DNA of 64,000 nt from Alphaproteobacteria bacterium (GTDB taxonomy: Bacteria > Pseudomonadota > Alphaproteobacteria > UBA6615), in assembly GCA_009691025.1 (NCBI GenBank), contig SHWB01000002.1:72300-136299 (forward strand), read 5' to 3'. The position numbers and the translations under genes were made by a program. The notes beneath the pieces are model-generated. The model did not search any database, was not told the DNA's origin, and saw nothing but the letters and a program-made list of their open reading frames with translations. Positions 46,191 through 56,709 of the stretch are shown one piece after another. The first letter of the stretch is position 1; each line of letters starts with the position of its first letter.

Positions 46191-46880
46191 ATGTGTCGTG
46201 CCGGCGGCAACATGGCCTTGTCTGCCTGCGCCGGAGGCAGGATGACGGACATCGCCTATCTCGCGCGCATGCGACGAAAAAGATGTCTACGAAAGCGGCG
46301 GTCAGCCTGCCCGTTCCCGCGCCCCGCCAACGATCCCCGCGAGGGCATGCCGCTTGCTTCGGTCGGTGCGGGCCATTCCCGGCGCGCCGGGCGTAACGCC
46401 ATCCGTCATCGTTCATCCATACCCGCGAATGCCATCGTCCCGACCTGTCGGACTGCCCGCCGGCCAAGCGGCAGCGCGGACCCGTCCCTGCGTATTGGCT
46501 ATCCCGGGCCGATGGGCCGCCTGCTGGTGGCCGGCGAGAAGGGCGCGGAGATCATCCCGGCGCTGGCGCCGCTGCCCGGCGAGACGGTCATCGACAAGCC
46601 GGGCAAGGGGGCCTTCAATGCAACCGATTTGGACGCCGTCCTGCGCGGACTTTACGTCAGCCACCTCGCCATCGGCGGCGTGACGACGGAAGTCTGCGTG
46701 CAGACGACGATGCGCGAGGCCAACGACCGGGGCTACGATTGCCTGATGGTCGAGGACTGCACCGAGAGCTATTTACCCGAGTTCAAGCAGGCGACCCTGG
46801 CGATGGTGCGGGCCCAGGGCGGCATCGTCGGCTTGACCGCGCCGTCGGACGCGCTGATCGCGGCGCTCGACCGGCCGTGA
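46191..46880 (+). pseudogene. isochorismatase/cysteine-hydrolase family protein, several frame changes in the 5' half
   Basis: Clean 3' half: [51 protein letters not shown]....[33 protein letters not shown]. Upstream pieces (..[22 protein letters not shown]) lie in other frames, with junctions near 46410 and 46478. The 5' limit is uncertain. Confidence 0.65.
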
Positions 46881-47251
46881 GCGACGCCGTGCCGCCGCCG
46901 GTCGTCCTCGCCGGGCTCGCCGCGCTGGCGGCGCTGCCCGGCGCGCTGGCCTGGCGCGATTTCCGCCCGGGCATCGCGTCGCACCAGGTCTACGGCACCA
47001 TGGGCGCGCCCGGCCCCTCGGCCTGCCTACTGAAATACGCGCCGGGCGCCCGCGTCGCCTTCCACCGCCATACGGGCTGGGAGCACATCTACGTGCTGTC
47101 CGGCGCCCAGCGCGACGAAAACGGCACCTACGGCACCGGCGATCTGCCGGTAAGCCCGCCCGGCAGCGTCCACAACGTCGTCAGCGTGGCGGGCTGCATC
47201 GTGCTGGCGATCTACGAGGCGCCGGTGAGTTTCGAGGCGCCGCCGGCCTGA
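46877..47251 (+). CDS. cupin-domain protein (ChrR-like cupin)
   Basis: GTG 46877 overlapping the previous stop (GTGA). ...[38 protein letters not shown]....PPGSVHNV. Confidence 0.6.
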   Translation: MSDAVPPPVVLAGLAALAALPGALAWRDFRPGIASHQVYGTMGAPGPSACLLKYAPGARVAFHRHTGWEHIYVLSGAQRDENGTYGTGDLPVSPPGSVHNVVSVAGCIVLAIYEAPVSFEAPPA

Positions 47252-47295
47252 CGCACGGTCAGCTTACCCCCCGTGCCGGTTGCCCGTCAGACCGC

Positions 47296-48192
47296 CTATT
47301 GTTGCGGCAAACTGACGAGCATGACACCGGCGGCTACGCCGGCGAAGCCGGCCAGGGTAGCGGGGCCGACCGGCTCGCCGAGCACCGCCGCACCGCACAA
47401 GATAGCCGCCAGCGGGCTGGCCGTGACAGCGATGGCGACGCGGGTCGGCGTCGTCATCCGGATCGCGACAAGGTAGAGGCCGTAGGAGCCGGCGCCGCCG
47501 ACGATGCCGATCAGAAGGATCGCGCCCCAAACATCAGTCGACGGATCGATCGTCAGCAGCGGCACCCCGGCCACGGCCATGACCGCGACGAGCACCAATA
47601 CGGCCGGCGCCATGCTAGCGGTGATGAAGGCTAGCGGCGTGCAGCGGCGCGAGACCCCGCGCACCGCGAAATTATAGGCGACGTAGAGCACCGTCGTGCC
47701 GGGCATGATGAGGTCGCCGCGCCAGCTTCCGTGCAGGCTTTCGACGCTTCCGCCCATCGCGACCACAACTCCCGCCGTGGCCAGCGCCACGCCGCCGCTC
47801 TTCACCATGGTCAGCCTTTCTATGCCGAGCGCCGCCGAGGCCAGCAGAGCCATCACCGGCATGGCAGAGAAGATGATGGCGGTGTGCGCGGCCGTGGTCA
47901 TCGTCAGCGCGACGAGGATCAGCCACTGGCCGAAGGCGAACAGGGCAATTCCCAGCACCACGACGAGCGCGAGGTCGCGCCCGCGCGGCCAGATGGAGCG
48001 CGTGACCAGTGCCAGCGGCGCGATCACGGCGAGCGCGATTGCCATGCGCAGCAGGGTCAGGGTCAGCGGCTCCACCTCCGCGACGGCGAAGCGCGCGAAG
48101 ACCAGCGCCGCGCCGGCCGTCGAGGTGCTGCCGACCCCGGCGAGCGCCCCCCACAGGGCCCGCCGGTTGGTGGTGACTGGCTCGGCACTCAT
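47296..48192 (-). CDS. DMT-superfamily (EamA) transporter
   Basis: 298 aa, about 10 hydrophobic helices, duplicated EamA architecture. Confidence 0.8.
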   Translation of the reverse strand: MSAEPVTTNRRALWGALAGVGSTSTAGAALVFARFAVAEVEPLTLTLLRMAIALAVIAPLALVTRSIWPRGRDLALVVVLGIALFAFGQWLILVALTMTTAAHTAIIFSAMPVMALLASAALGIERLTMVKSGGVALATAGVVVAMGGSVESLHGSWRGDLIMPGTTVLYVAYNFAVRGVSRRCTPLAFITASMAPAVLVLVAVMAVAGVPLLTIDPSTDVWGAILLIGIVGGAGSYGLYLVAIRMTTPTRVAIAVTASPLAAILCGAAVLGEPVGPATLAGFAGVAAGVMLVSLPQQ

Positions 48193-48417
48193 GCGCCCGC
48201 TCCAGCCGGGGTTGGGCGAACACCTGTCGACACTGTCTGGATCACGAACGCATTCCGGCCCCGGGGAGTGAGGTCGGCCGACGCAAGATCATGCGCCGGT
48301 CCTTGGCCAGCGGCGGGGGCGGCCATGGCCGACACATGGCTTCCGCCTCTTGCGCGCCACCGCGTAAGATCGAGCGCGCACGGTACAGGCAAGGACCGGA
48401 GAACAGGGGAGAGGGGC

Positions 48418-49920
48418 ATGCAGCGGCTGGCGGAAGCCGACGTGGTCGTCGTAGGGGCCGGCAATTCAGCGTTCTGCGCGGCGCTGGCGGCGCGCGAGCA
48501 GGGCGCCGCGGTGATCGTGCTGGAGCGCGCACCGCAAGAGGAGGCCGGCGGCAATACGGCCTTCACGGCCGGCGCCATCCGCGTCGTCTATGACGGCGTC
48601 GAGGATCTCAAGCGGCTGATGCCGGACCTGACCGCGCAGGAGCTGGCGATCACCGATTTCGGCACCTACACCGAGCCGCAGTATTTCGACGACATGGGGC
48701 GGGTGACGGAATACCGTACCGATCCTGACATGTGCGAGCTGCTGGTGCGCCGCTCGCGCGAGACGCTGCTGTGGATGCGCGCCAACGGAGTGCGCTTCGC
48801 GCCGATCTGGGGACGGCAGGCTTTCAAGGTCGATGGCCGCTTCAAATTCTGGGGCGGCCTCACCGTCGAATCCTACGGCGGGGGCCCCGGTCTCGTGCAG
48901 GCACTGACGGCGGCGGCGGGGCGCAAGGGCATCCCCGTCCGCTATGGCTGCCGCGCCGTGTCGCTGGTCGCCGGCGACGACGGCATTCACGGCGTGGTCG
49001 TGCGCGAGAATGGGCGCACCTCCGAGATTGGCGCGAAGGCGGTGGTGCTGGCGGCCGGCGGATTCCAGGCCAATCCGGAATGGCGCACACGCTATCTCGG
49101 TCCGGGCTGGGATCTCGCCAAGGTGCGCGGCACGCGCTTCAACACCGGCGACGGCATCCGCATGGCGATCGATATCGGCGCCGCCACCTGCGGCAACTGG
49201 TCGGGCGGCCACGCCGTCGGCTGGGACCGCAACGCGCCGGAGTTCGGCGACCTCGATGTCGGCGACGGCTTCCAGAAGCACAGCTATCCCTTCGGCATCA
49301 TGCTCAACGCCAACGGCAAGCGCTTCGTCGACGAGGGCGCGGATTTCCGCAACTACACCTATGCGAAATATGGCCGCGTCATCCTAGAACAGCCGGGCCA
49401 TTTCGCCTGGCAGGTCTTCGACCGGAAAGTGCTGCACCTGCTGCGCGACGAGTACCGCATTAGCCGCGTCACCAAGGCCAGCGCCGACACGCTGGAGGAA
49501 CTGGTCACGAAGCTCGACGACGTCAATGCCACGCAGGCGCTGGCTTCGATCAGGGCCTATAACGCCGCGGTGCGCACCGACGTGCAGTTCAACCCTAACG
49601 TCAAGGATGGGCGCTCAACCGTCGGTCTCGACGTGCCCAAGTCCAACTGGGCCAACGTCCTCGACGAACCGCCATTCGAGGCCTACGCCGTGACCTGCGG
49701 GTTGACCTTCACCTTCGGCGGCTTGCGCATCGTGCCAGATACCTGCCAGGTGCTAGATGTCGACCGCGCGCCGATCCGTGGGCTCTACGCCTCGGGCGAG
49801 ATGGTCGGCGGGCTATTCTATCACAACTACCCGGGCGGCTCCGGCCTCGCCGCCGGCGCCGTGTTTGGCAAGATCGCCGGCACCGCGGCGGGGCAGGCCG
49901 CGACGGGCGCCTCTCCTTGA
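48418..49920 (+). CDS. FAD-binding tricarballylate dehydrogenase (TcuA)-like flavoprotein
   Basis: ATG 48418 [35 protein letters not shown]...GGNTAFTAG...; 500 aa, fumarate-reductase-type fold. The track start at 47731 is a GC artefact. Confidence 0.75.
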   Translation: MQRLAEADVVVVGAGNSAFCAALAAREQGAAVIVLERAPQEEAGGNTAFTAGAIRVVYDGVEDLKRLMPDLTAQELAITDFGTYTEPQYFDDMGRVTEYRTDPDMCELLVRRSRETLLWMRANGVRFAPIWGRQAFKVDGRFKFWGGLTVESYGGGPGLVQALTAAAGRKGIPVRYGCRAVSLVAGDDGIHGVVVRENGRTSEIGAKAVVLAAGGFQANPEWRTRYLGPGWDLAKVRGTRFNTGDGIRMAIDIGAATCGNWSGGHAVGWDRNAPEFGDLDVGDGFQKHSYPFGIMLNANGKRFVDEGADFRNYTYAKYGRVILEQPGHFAWQVFDRKVLHLLRDEYRISRVTKASADTLEELVTKLDDVNATQALASIRAYNAAVRTDVQFNPNVKDGRSTVGLDVPKSNWANVLDEPPFEAYAVTCGLTFTFGGLRIVPDTCQVLDVDRAPIRGLYASGEMVGGLFYHNYPGGSGLAAGAVFGKIAGTAAGQAATGASP

Positions 49921-50032
49921 CGGAAACCCGGGAAAGGTGAGGCCGCGCGATCCTCGACCTTCGAGCCGCCCGCTGGCGCGGGATCCTCAGGGTGAGGACC
50001 GCGGGGAAAACGGTGTTTATGCAAACAAGGAT

Positions 50033-50083
50033 GGCCTCATCCTTAGGAGTCATCCTAAGGGTGGCGTCTCTAAGGACGAGGCC
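50033..50083. repeat. nested REP-type palindrome built from CCTTAGG/CCTAAGG units
   Basis: GGCCTCATCCTTAG (50033-50046) versus CTAAGGACGAGGCC (50070-50083), 1 mismatch. Inner CCTTAGGA (50041-50048) / TCCTAAGG (50053-50060). Confidence 0.65.
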
Positions 50084-50165
50084 CGGCGGCGGCGATGGAC
50101 TTCGACTGCTTGCGAGATACTTCCTCATCTCCGTTCAGGGACGGAGACGGTCACCAACATTACCC

Positions 50166-50999
50166 TCATACCATCCTGCGCTCCCGTGCCTCACGCGCTG
50201 CGTCTTCCATCGTCATGAACACGGCGCCCGCTGCGGCCAGCTTGTCGAGCAGGCCCTCGAAGGCAAGCATGCGGAAGCCGCGGCCGATGACATAGGGGTG
50301 CATGGTGTAGGTGACGATGCCCCAGTCCACCGTCTTCTGCATGTAGACGAATTCGTCGTACCAGCTTTCCATGACGCTGCGGGCCGATTTCAGGCCCGGC
50401 ATCGTGAACTCCTTGGTCCGCAGGAATTCGAAATGCGGGTGATCGTCTAGCGACCAGGTGATCGGCATCTCGATCAGCCCAGTCGGTTCGCCGTAGACGA
50501 TAGGTTCACCGAGCTTAACATGGTCTCGCCTGCGCGCGCGGTAGGGGATGTAGTCGCCACCCATCAGGCTGCTGTCGTATTCGAAACCGTGCTCGAGCAG
50601 CAGGTCGACGGTGTTCTCGCTGAGGTCCCAGGAGGGCGATCGGTAGCCGCGCGCCGCGCGCCCGGTGAGACGCCGGACCGCCTCGTTGGCGCGCGCCATG
50701 TCGGCATCTTCCTCTTCGCGGCTCTGCAGGGCCGGCGGCACATGCGCCCAGCTGTGATGGGCGACCTCGTGGCCTCCGGCTACCACCATTTCGCATTCGC
50801 GCGGGTGGCTTTCGATGGTGAAGCCGGGGATGAACCAGGTCGAGGGCAGGCCGCGCTGCTCCAGCATGTCGACCAGGCGGCGCGAAGCGGTGAGGCCGAA
50901 CTCGCCGCGCGACAGCGAGGTTGGCGTCGTCAGGCCACGCGCGATGAAGCCAGATTCGGTGTCGAAATCGTAGGTCAGGCAGACGATGTGGCGCGGCAT
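50166..50999 (-). CDS. polysaccharide deacetylase (NodB-homology) family protein
   Basis: ATG 50999 MPRHIVCLTYDFDTESG...WFIPG...GHEVAHHSWAH; 277 aa. Confidence 0.75.
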   Translation of the reverse strand: MPRHIVCLTYDFDTESGFIARGLTTPTSLSRGEFGLTASRRLVDMLEQRGLPSTWFIPGFTIESHPRECEMVVAGGHEVAHHSWAHVPPALQSREEEDADMARANEAVRRLTGRAARGYRSPSWDLSENTVDLLLEHGFEYDSSLMGGDYIPYRARRRDHVKLGEPIVYGEPTGLIEMPITWSLDDHPHFEFLRTKEFTMPGLKSARSVMESWYDEFVYMQKTVDWGIVTYTMHPYVIGRGFRMLAFEGLLDKLAAAGAVFMTMEDAAREARERRMV

Positions 51000-51108
51000 G
51001 ACGCTCCCCCGGACGACGATGGCTGACAGGTTGGCCCCTCCGGCCGCTAGAGTATAGCCGCTCGGCGGGCCGGCGCAGGCCCCGATAACGGATACGGGCG
51101 GGGACGGC

Positions 51109-52275
51109 ATGGCAACGCGGACACTCGGCATCATCCTCAACGGGGCGACGGGACGCATCTGTTCCACCCAGCATCTCGCCAATGCGCTGGCGCCGATTCG
51201 AAGCGAGGGTGGCCTGCTCGTCGGCGAGGATCGGGTGATGCCGCGCCTGCTGCTGGCCGGGCGCGACGCGGCGAAGCTGGCTCAGGTCGCAGCGGCGCAC
51301 GGCGTCGAGGCGTGGACGACCGATCTCGACTCAGCACTCGGAGATCCGGAATTTCCGGTGTTCTTCGATGCTGCGGAGACGCATCTGCGAGCGGTGACGC
51401 TGCGCCGCGCCATCGCCGCCGGCAAGCACATCTATACCGAGAAGCCGGTGGCGCCTACGGTGGCCGAAGGCCTCGACCTGCTGCGCGCCGCCGTGGCGCG
51501 CGGGCTCAAGCACGGCGCGGTCGAGGACAAGCTGTATCTGCCCGGCTTCCGCAAGCTGAAGCGACTGGCCGAGGAGGGCTTTTTTGGCCGGGTCGTTGGC
51601 TTCCGGATGGAATTCGGCTGGTGGGTGTTTGACGGGGTGGAGGCCCCGTCGCAGCGTCCGCCGTGGAACTACCGGCGCGCTGGCGGTGGCGGCATCGTGT
51701 TGGACATGCACCCGCACTGGCGCTACGTCATCGTGGGCATCCTCGGCCCGATCCGCCGCGTCGTCGCCGCCAACTGGACGGCGCAGCCCGAGCGCGGCGA
51801 CGAGCGGGGCGGGCTTTACGCCGTAGATGTCGAGGACAGCACGACGACGCTGGTCGAACTGGCCGGCGGCGCGCATGGCACCATCTACAGCAGCTGGGCG
51901 ACGCGGGTGCGCGGCGACGACCTCGTCACCTTCCAGGTCGACGGCACGAAGGGGTCGGCGATGGCGGGGCTGCGCCGATGCTGGATACAGGCGGCCATTG
52001 ATACGCCACGCATCGTCGGCTTCAACCTCGGCGGCGACGCGGCGACGCTCGACTACCGCATGGACTATGCGGCGCAGTGGCGCGAGGTGACCGACGAGCC
52101 GGCCTATGTGAACCCGTACCGTCCGGGCTGGGAGGGTTTCATCCGCCATGTTGTCGCCGGCGAGCCCTTCGCCTCCGACCTGGCCGCCGGAATCCGCGAT
52201 GTTCAGCTCGCCGAGGCCTGCCTCGCCAGCGGCGCCGAAGGTCGCTGGGTCGAGCTGGCGCCGATCGGGGGTTAG
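51109..52275 (+). CDS. Gfo/Idh/MocA-family oxidoreductase
   Basis: 388 aa; N-terminal Rossmann segment LGIILNGATGRI, ..GKHIYTEKP.., C-terminal alpha/beta domain. Confidence 0.7.
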   Translation: MATRTLGIILNGATGRICSTQHLANALAPIRSEGGLLVGEDRVMPRLLLAGRDAAKLAQVAAAHGVEAWTTDLDSALGDPEFPVFFDAAETHLRAVTLRRAIAAGKHIYTEKPVAPTVAEGLDLLRAAVARGLKHGAVEDKLYLPGFRKLKRLAEEGFFGRVVGFRMEFGWWVFDGVEAPSQRPPWNYRRAGGGGIVLDMHPHWRYVIVGILGPIRRVVAANWTAQPERGDERGGLYAVDVEDSTTTLVELAGGAHGTIYSSWATRVRGDDLVTFQVDGTKGSAMAGLRRCWIQAAIDTPRIVGFNLGGDAATLDYRMDYAAQWREVTDEPAYVNPYRPGWEGFIRHVVAGEPFASDLAAGIRDVQLAEACLASGAEGRWVELAPIGG

Positions 52276-52325
52276 GCACCCGTCTGCCGCCGCCGCTATG
52301 ATGGCCCCGACGCAATGGGGGCGCG

Positions 52326-53468
52326 ATGACCGCACTGCCTGTTCTCGATCTCGGCGACGATCCCTACGAGCGCGGCCTCGTCCATGGCCGGGCGCTGGCC
52401 GGAGAGGTGCGCGAGAACCTTCACACCTACCTCGCCCGCTTCGTCGCCGGCGGCCTCGATGCCGATGCCGTGCAGGCGGAAGGCAACAGCTGGGTCGAAA
52501 TCATCGCCGCCGAGAACGCCGAGTATGCCGAGGAAATGCGCGGCATCGCCGACGGCGCCGGCATGACACTGTCCGATCTCGCCGTACTCAATGCGCGCTA
52601 CGAGATCACCTTCGGCCTGTTCGGCCGCGAGGCGAAGGCTGCCTATGCGCTGAAGGAGACCGAGGCAACGGATGGCTGTTCCAGCTTCGGCGTGCTGGCC
52701 GAAGCCACCGCCGACGGCCACACCATCCTCGGCCAGAACTGGGACTGGCAGGCCGGCATCCACGGGCGCTGCGTCGTCCTGCGCATCCGCCGCCATCGTC
52801 GCCCGAGCCTCGTCTGCTTCACCGAGGCCGGCATCGTCGGCGGCAAGATGGGCATCAACGAGTATGGCATCGGCCTCGTTGAGAATGGCCTCGTCTCCGA
52901 CCATGATGGTTGGCACGCGCGCGAGAAGCCGTTCCATGTGCGTTGCCGCGAGGTGCTCGATGCCGAGACCTACGACCACGCGCTGGCGCCGATCGTGGCG
53001 ACGCGTCGCGTGTGCTCGGCCAATTTTGTCATCGGCCAGGCCGGCGGCGAGATCGTCGACCTCGAGACCAGCCCCGACGCCGTCTCCTACCTGTTCCCGC
53101 GGGACGGGATGGTGACGCATTCCAACCATTTCATGGACCAGCGCCACGGTCCCTCGCAGATGGAACGCATCGGGCCGAGCACGATCTACCGTGCCAATCG
53201 CCTCGACCGCCTGCTGCGCCGCCATCTCGGCGGCATCGACCGTGACGTCATCGGCGAGGCGCTGGCCGATCATTTCGGCTATCCCAACGCCATCTGCCGC
53301 CATCCGGACGAACGCCAGCCAGCGGCCAAACGCACCATGTCCAACGCCTCGCTGATTCTCGATCTCGACGACCGTGTGATGTGGGTGGCCAACGGCCCGC
53401 CCTGCTGCAATCCGTACGTCGCCTATCCGCTTGGTGCCGGCGCTGCCGTAGCCTCGGAGGCCGCATGA
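52326..53468 (+). CDS. C45-family Ntn-hydrolase (acyl-CoA:6-APA acyltransferase-like)
   Basis: 380 aa; ..DPYERGLVHGRAL.., ATDGCSSFGVL (candidate nucleophile Cys), ILGQNWDW, THSNHF. Confidence 0.65.
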   Translation: MTALPVLDLGDDPYERGLVHGRALAGEVRENLHTYLARFVAGGLDADAVQAEGNSWVEIIAAENAEYAEEMRGIADGAGMTLSDLAVLNARYEITFGLFGREAKAAYALKETEATDGCSSFGVLAEATADGHTILGQNWDWQAGIHGRCVVLRIRRHRRPSLVCFTEAGIVGGKMGINEYGIGLVENGLVSDHDGWHAREKPFHVRCREVLDAETYDHALAPIVATRRVCSANFVIGQAGGEIVDLETSPDAVSYLFPRDGMVTHSNHFMDQRHGPSQMERIGPSTIYRANRLDRLLRRHLGGIDRDVIGEALADHFGYPNAICRHPDERQPAAKRTMSNASLILDLDDRVMWVANGPPCCNPYVAYPLGAGAAVASEAA

Positions 53469-54409
53469 AACGCCCTGCGAAAGCGCGCCCGGCCTCGCGA
53501 ACCGCTGCCGGCGGCCGCAAGGCGGCTCCCCGCGCCGTCGATCTGTCGATCGCCGGCCGGTTCGACCGTGCCGCCGAGGATGTCGGCAACATCGTCGCGC
53601 TGGATCATGTCAACCTGCTGGTTGACGGCCAGCGGACGGCGACGATGTGCTACCTCGTGGCCATGGGATTCACGCGCGATCCCTATCTGATGCCGGGCGT
53701 CGACCTCATGTGGGTCAATCTCGGCCGCAGCCAGTTCCATCTGCCGAACGGCGAGCCGCAAATCCTGCGCGGCCGCATCGGTATCGTCGTGCCAGACTGT
53801 GCGGCGCTGCTGGCGCGGCTGGAGCGCGTGCGTCCGCGCCTTGCCTGCACGCGTTTCGTCTGGCGCGAGTATACCGGCCATGTAGACGTCACCTGCCCCT
53901 GGGGCAATACCTTCCGCTGCCATGCGCCGGACGCGCAGTACGGTCCGATGGCGCTCGGCATGCCATATGTCGAGTTCGACGTGCCGGCCGGCACCGCCGA
54001 CGGCATCGCCCGTTTCTACCGCGACATCATCGGCGCGCCGGCGACGGTGGCGGCCGGGTGTTCCGGACGCGTTGCGACCGTCGCCTCCGGCATCGGCCAG
54101 TCGCTGCGCTTTCGCGAGACGAAGGCGCCGCTGCCGGCCTATGACGGCCACCATGTGCAGGTCTATGCCGCGGATTTTTCCGGCCCGCATCGCCGCCTGC
54201 TCGAGCGCGGCCTCGTCACCGAGGAAAGCGACCGGCATCAGTACCGCTTCGTGTCGCTGGCCGGCCCGGCCGACGGGCGCGCGCTCTACGAGGCCGAGCA
54301 CGAGGTGCGCAGCATGCGCCACCCGCTTTACGCCCGCCCGCTCGCCAACCGTGATACGACGCAGAGCAACATGGCCTACAGGCAGGGCCACGACGCCCTC
54401 CCGGTTTAG
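53465..54409 (+). CDS. VOC (glyoxalase/dioxygenase)-fold-like hypothetical protein
   Basis: ATG 53465 in ATGA overlap with the C45 gene. LDHVNLLV....TATMCYLVAMGFTRDP...MWVNLGRSQFHL and HHVQVYAADF suggest two beta-alpha-beta-beta-beta modules. Family not firmly recognised. Confidence 0.45.
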   Translation: MKRPAKARPASRTAAGGRKAAPRAVDLSIAGRFDRAAEDVGNIVALDHVNLLVDGQRTATMCYLVAMGFTRDPYLMPGVDLMWVNLGRSQFHLPNGEPQILRGRIGIVVPDCAALLARLERVRPRLACTRFVWREYTGHVDVTCPWGNTFRCHAPDAQYGPMALGMPYVEFDVPAGTADGIARFYRDIIGAPATVAAGCSGRVATVASGIGQSLRFRETKAPLPAYDGHHVQVYAADFSGPHRRLLERGLVTEESDRHQYRFVSLAGPADGRALYEAEHEVRSMRHPLYARPLANRDTTQSNMAYRQGHDALPV

Positions 54410-54418
54410 GCCGGGAGG

Positions 54419-55579
54419 CTAGCGCGCCGGCTGCTCGCGCACGAAATCCGGGCCGATCTGGGCCAGAGACGGGCAACCCATCTGCCCCATGTTGAGGTCG
54501 ATCTCGCGGCGCAGGATTTCGATGGCCTTCTTCGCCCCGGCGAGCCCGCCGGCCGACACGCCATAGACGGCGGCGCGGCCGATGAAGGCGAATTTTGCGC
54601 CGAGCGCCAGCGCCACCAGCACGTCCGTGCCGCGCCTGATGCCGCTGTCGATCATCACCGTGGCGCGACCGCCGACGGCGGCGAGCACGCCCGGCAGAGC
54701 GTCGAGCGTCGCCGGCGCACGGTCGAGCTGGCGGGCGCCGTGGTTCGACACGATGATTCCCTCGCAGCCCAGCTCGACGGCGCGGCGCGCATCGTCGGGA
54801 TGCAGGATGCCCTTGATGATCAGCGGCTTCTTCCACAGGCGGCGATAGGCTTCGATGTCGCGCCAGGTGTGGCCCGGCGCCGGCACCAGGGTGTTGACGT
54901 AGGCGACAACGACGCGCGCATTGGCGCCGGGCGGCGCATAGGGCACCCAGTTGCCCAGCGTTGGCAGGCCGCCATGCCTGAGGAAATCCAGCGCCCAGGC
55001 CGGGTGCAGCATGGCGTCGAGCAGCACCGACGGCGTGATCTTCAGGCTGGAGGAGAAGCCGGTGCGGATATTGCGCTCGCGGCGCGGCCGCACGGGCACG
55101 TCGACGGTGACGACGAGCGCGGAGAGACCGGCATCGGCCGAGCGGCGCACGAAGTTCTCGTTGATGGCGCGGTCGCTGGCCGCATAGATCTGGTACCAGG
55201 TATGCGCCGGCGCGACGCGCGCGGCTTCTTCCAGCGTGGCGTTGCTCGCGCCCGACATGATGAACGGGATGTCGGCGTCCGCCGCCGCCCCGGCCAGAGC
55301 GAGGTCGGCGCCACCGCGGAAGAAGCCTGTGGTGCCGGTCGGCGCCAGGCCGAAGGGGCTGGCGTAGCGGCGGCCGAACAACGTCGTCGTCTGGTTGCGC
55401 TTCGTCACGTCGACGAGGTAGCGCGGCATGATGCACCAGCGCTGGAACGCCGCCTCGTTGCGCTCCAGCCCGCGCTCGTCCTCCACGCCACCCTCGATGA
55501 AATCGAAGGCCAGGCGCGGCAGGCGCCGCTTCGCCATGCGGTGGAGGTCTTCGATGTTGACCGCGCTTTCGATGCCCAT
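54419..55579 (-). CDS. FMN-dependent alpha-hydroxy acid dehydrogenase/oxidase (LldD/glycolate oxidase family)
   Basis: 386 aa; IIVSNHGARQLD signature, ..DSGIRRGTDV.. Intact. Confidence 0.85.
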   Translation of the reverse strand: MGIESAVNIEDLHRMAKRRLPRLAFDFIEGGVEDERGLERNEAAFQRWCIMPRYLVDVTKRNQTTTLFGRRYASPFGLAPTGTTGFFRGGADLALAGAAADADIPFIMSGASNATLEEAARVAPAHTWYQIYAASDRAINENFVRRSADAGLSALVVTVDVPVRPRRERNIRTGFSSSLKITPSVLLDAMLHPAWALDFLRHGGLPTLGNWVPYAPPGANARVVVAYVNTLVPAPGHTWRDIEAYRRLWKKPLIIKGILHPDDARRAVELGCEGIIVSNHGARQLDRAPATLDALPGVLAAVGGRATVMIDSGIRRGTDVLVALALGAKFAFIGRAAVYGVSAGGLAGAKKAIEILRREIDLNMGQMGCPSLAQIGPDFVREQPAR

Positions 55580-55739
55580 ACCGGTCGCTTCCGCTCGTTG
55601 ATTCGCCGGCTTGCCCCCGCCGGCGGGCGCATCCTAGCCCCGCCGCCCCCGGCCGTCGCGGCGAAAGGACGCGCTCCCGGCTTGTCCCGCGCCCCCTTTC
55701 CGCCGTTTCCATGGGCGGCGTGCGACGCGGGAGGACCAC

Positions 55740-56573
55740 ATGGTGGGACATTTGTTGGACGACCAGGCGGAGCGCTACCGGCGCGACGGCTTTCTGTTTC
55801 CCGTGCGGGTGCTGACGCGCGCCGAGGCCGAGGGCTACAAGGTGAAGCTCGAAGCCTATGAGCGGTCCGCCGGCGGGCCGATCAGCGGCAACCGCCGCCA
55901 CAAGGTGCATCTGCTGTTCACCTGGGCGGCCGAGCTGGTGCGCAACTCGGCGATCCTCGATGCCGTCGAATCCGTGCTGGGTCCCGACCTCATGGTCTAG
56001 GGCACGGACTTCTTCATCAAGGAGCCGCGCGATCCTGGCTTCGTCTCGTGGCACCAGGACTCGACCTACTGGGGCCTCGACCCAGCGGACATCGTGACGG
56101 CGTGGGTCGCCTTCAGCGACGCGCCGGTCGAGAGAGGCGCGATGAAGTTCATGCCCGGCTCGCACCTCATCGACCAGCTGCCGCATGTCGATACCTTACA
56201 CGAGCACAACCTCCTGACTCGCGGGCAGGAGATCGCTGTCGAGGTTGACGAGTCGAAGGCCGTCGACGTGACGCTGAACGCCGAGGAAATGTCGCTGCAC
56301 CATGTCCGCCTGGTGCACGGCTCGAAGCCCAACACCACGGCCAACCGCCGCATCGGCTTCGCCATCCGCTACATGCCGACCTATGTGCGCCCGGTGAAGA
56401 TCAAGGACGGCTCCATGCTGGTGCGCGGCACCGACCGCCACGGGCATTTCGTGCCGGAAGTGTCGCCGATGGCCGATCTCGACGATGCCGCCATCGCCGC
56501 CCACACCAATTCTATCCAGCGGCAGATCGCAGCGCTCTACGAGGGGACCGACCGCACCGAGATGCGGCCCTAG
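55740..56573 (+). pseudogene. phytanoyl-CoA dioxygenase (PhyH) family Fe(II)/2OG oxygenase split by one in-frame TAG
   Basis: MVGHLLDDQAERYRRDGFLFPVRVL...VLGPDLMV*GTDFFIKEPRD.GFVSWHQDSTYWGL...AWVAFSDA..ERGAMKF.PGSH...HHVRLVHGSKPN. TAG 55998-56000, same frame on both sides. Confidence 0.8.
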
Positions 56574-56709
56574 GCGAAGGCGGGTATCCTTGATACTCGT
56601 TTGTGCCTGCCAGCAAATGGACTAGCGTAACCGGAACGCTCGGCGGCCATATTCCCCGGCACCGCCGCTGTATCCTCCGCCGGGCGCGCACGAGGGTGGC
56701 TCCGTGATC

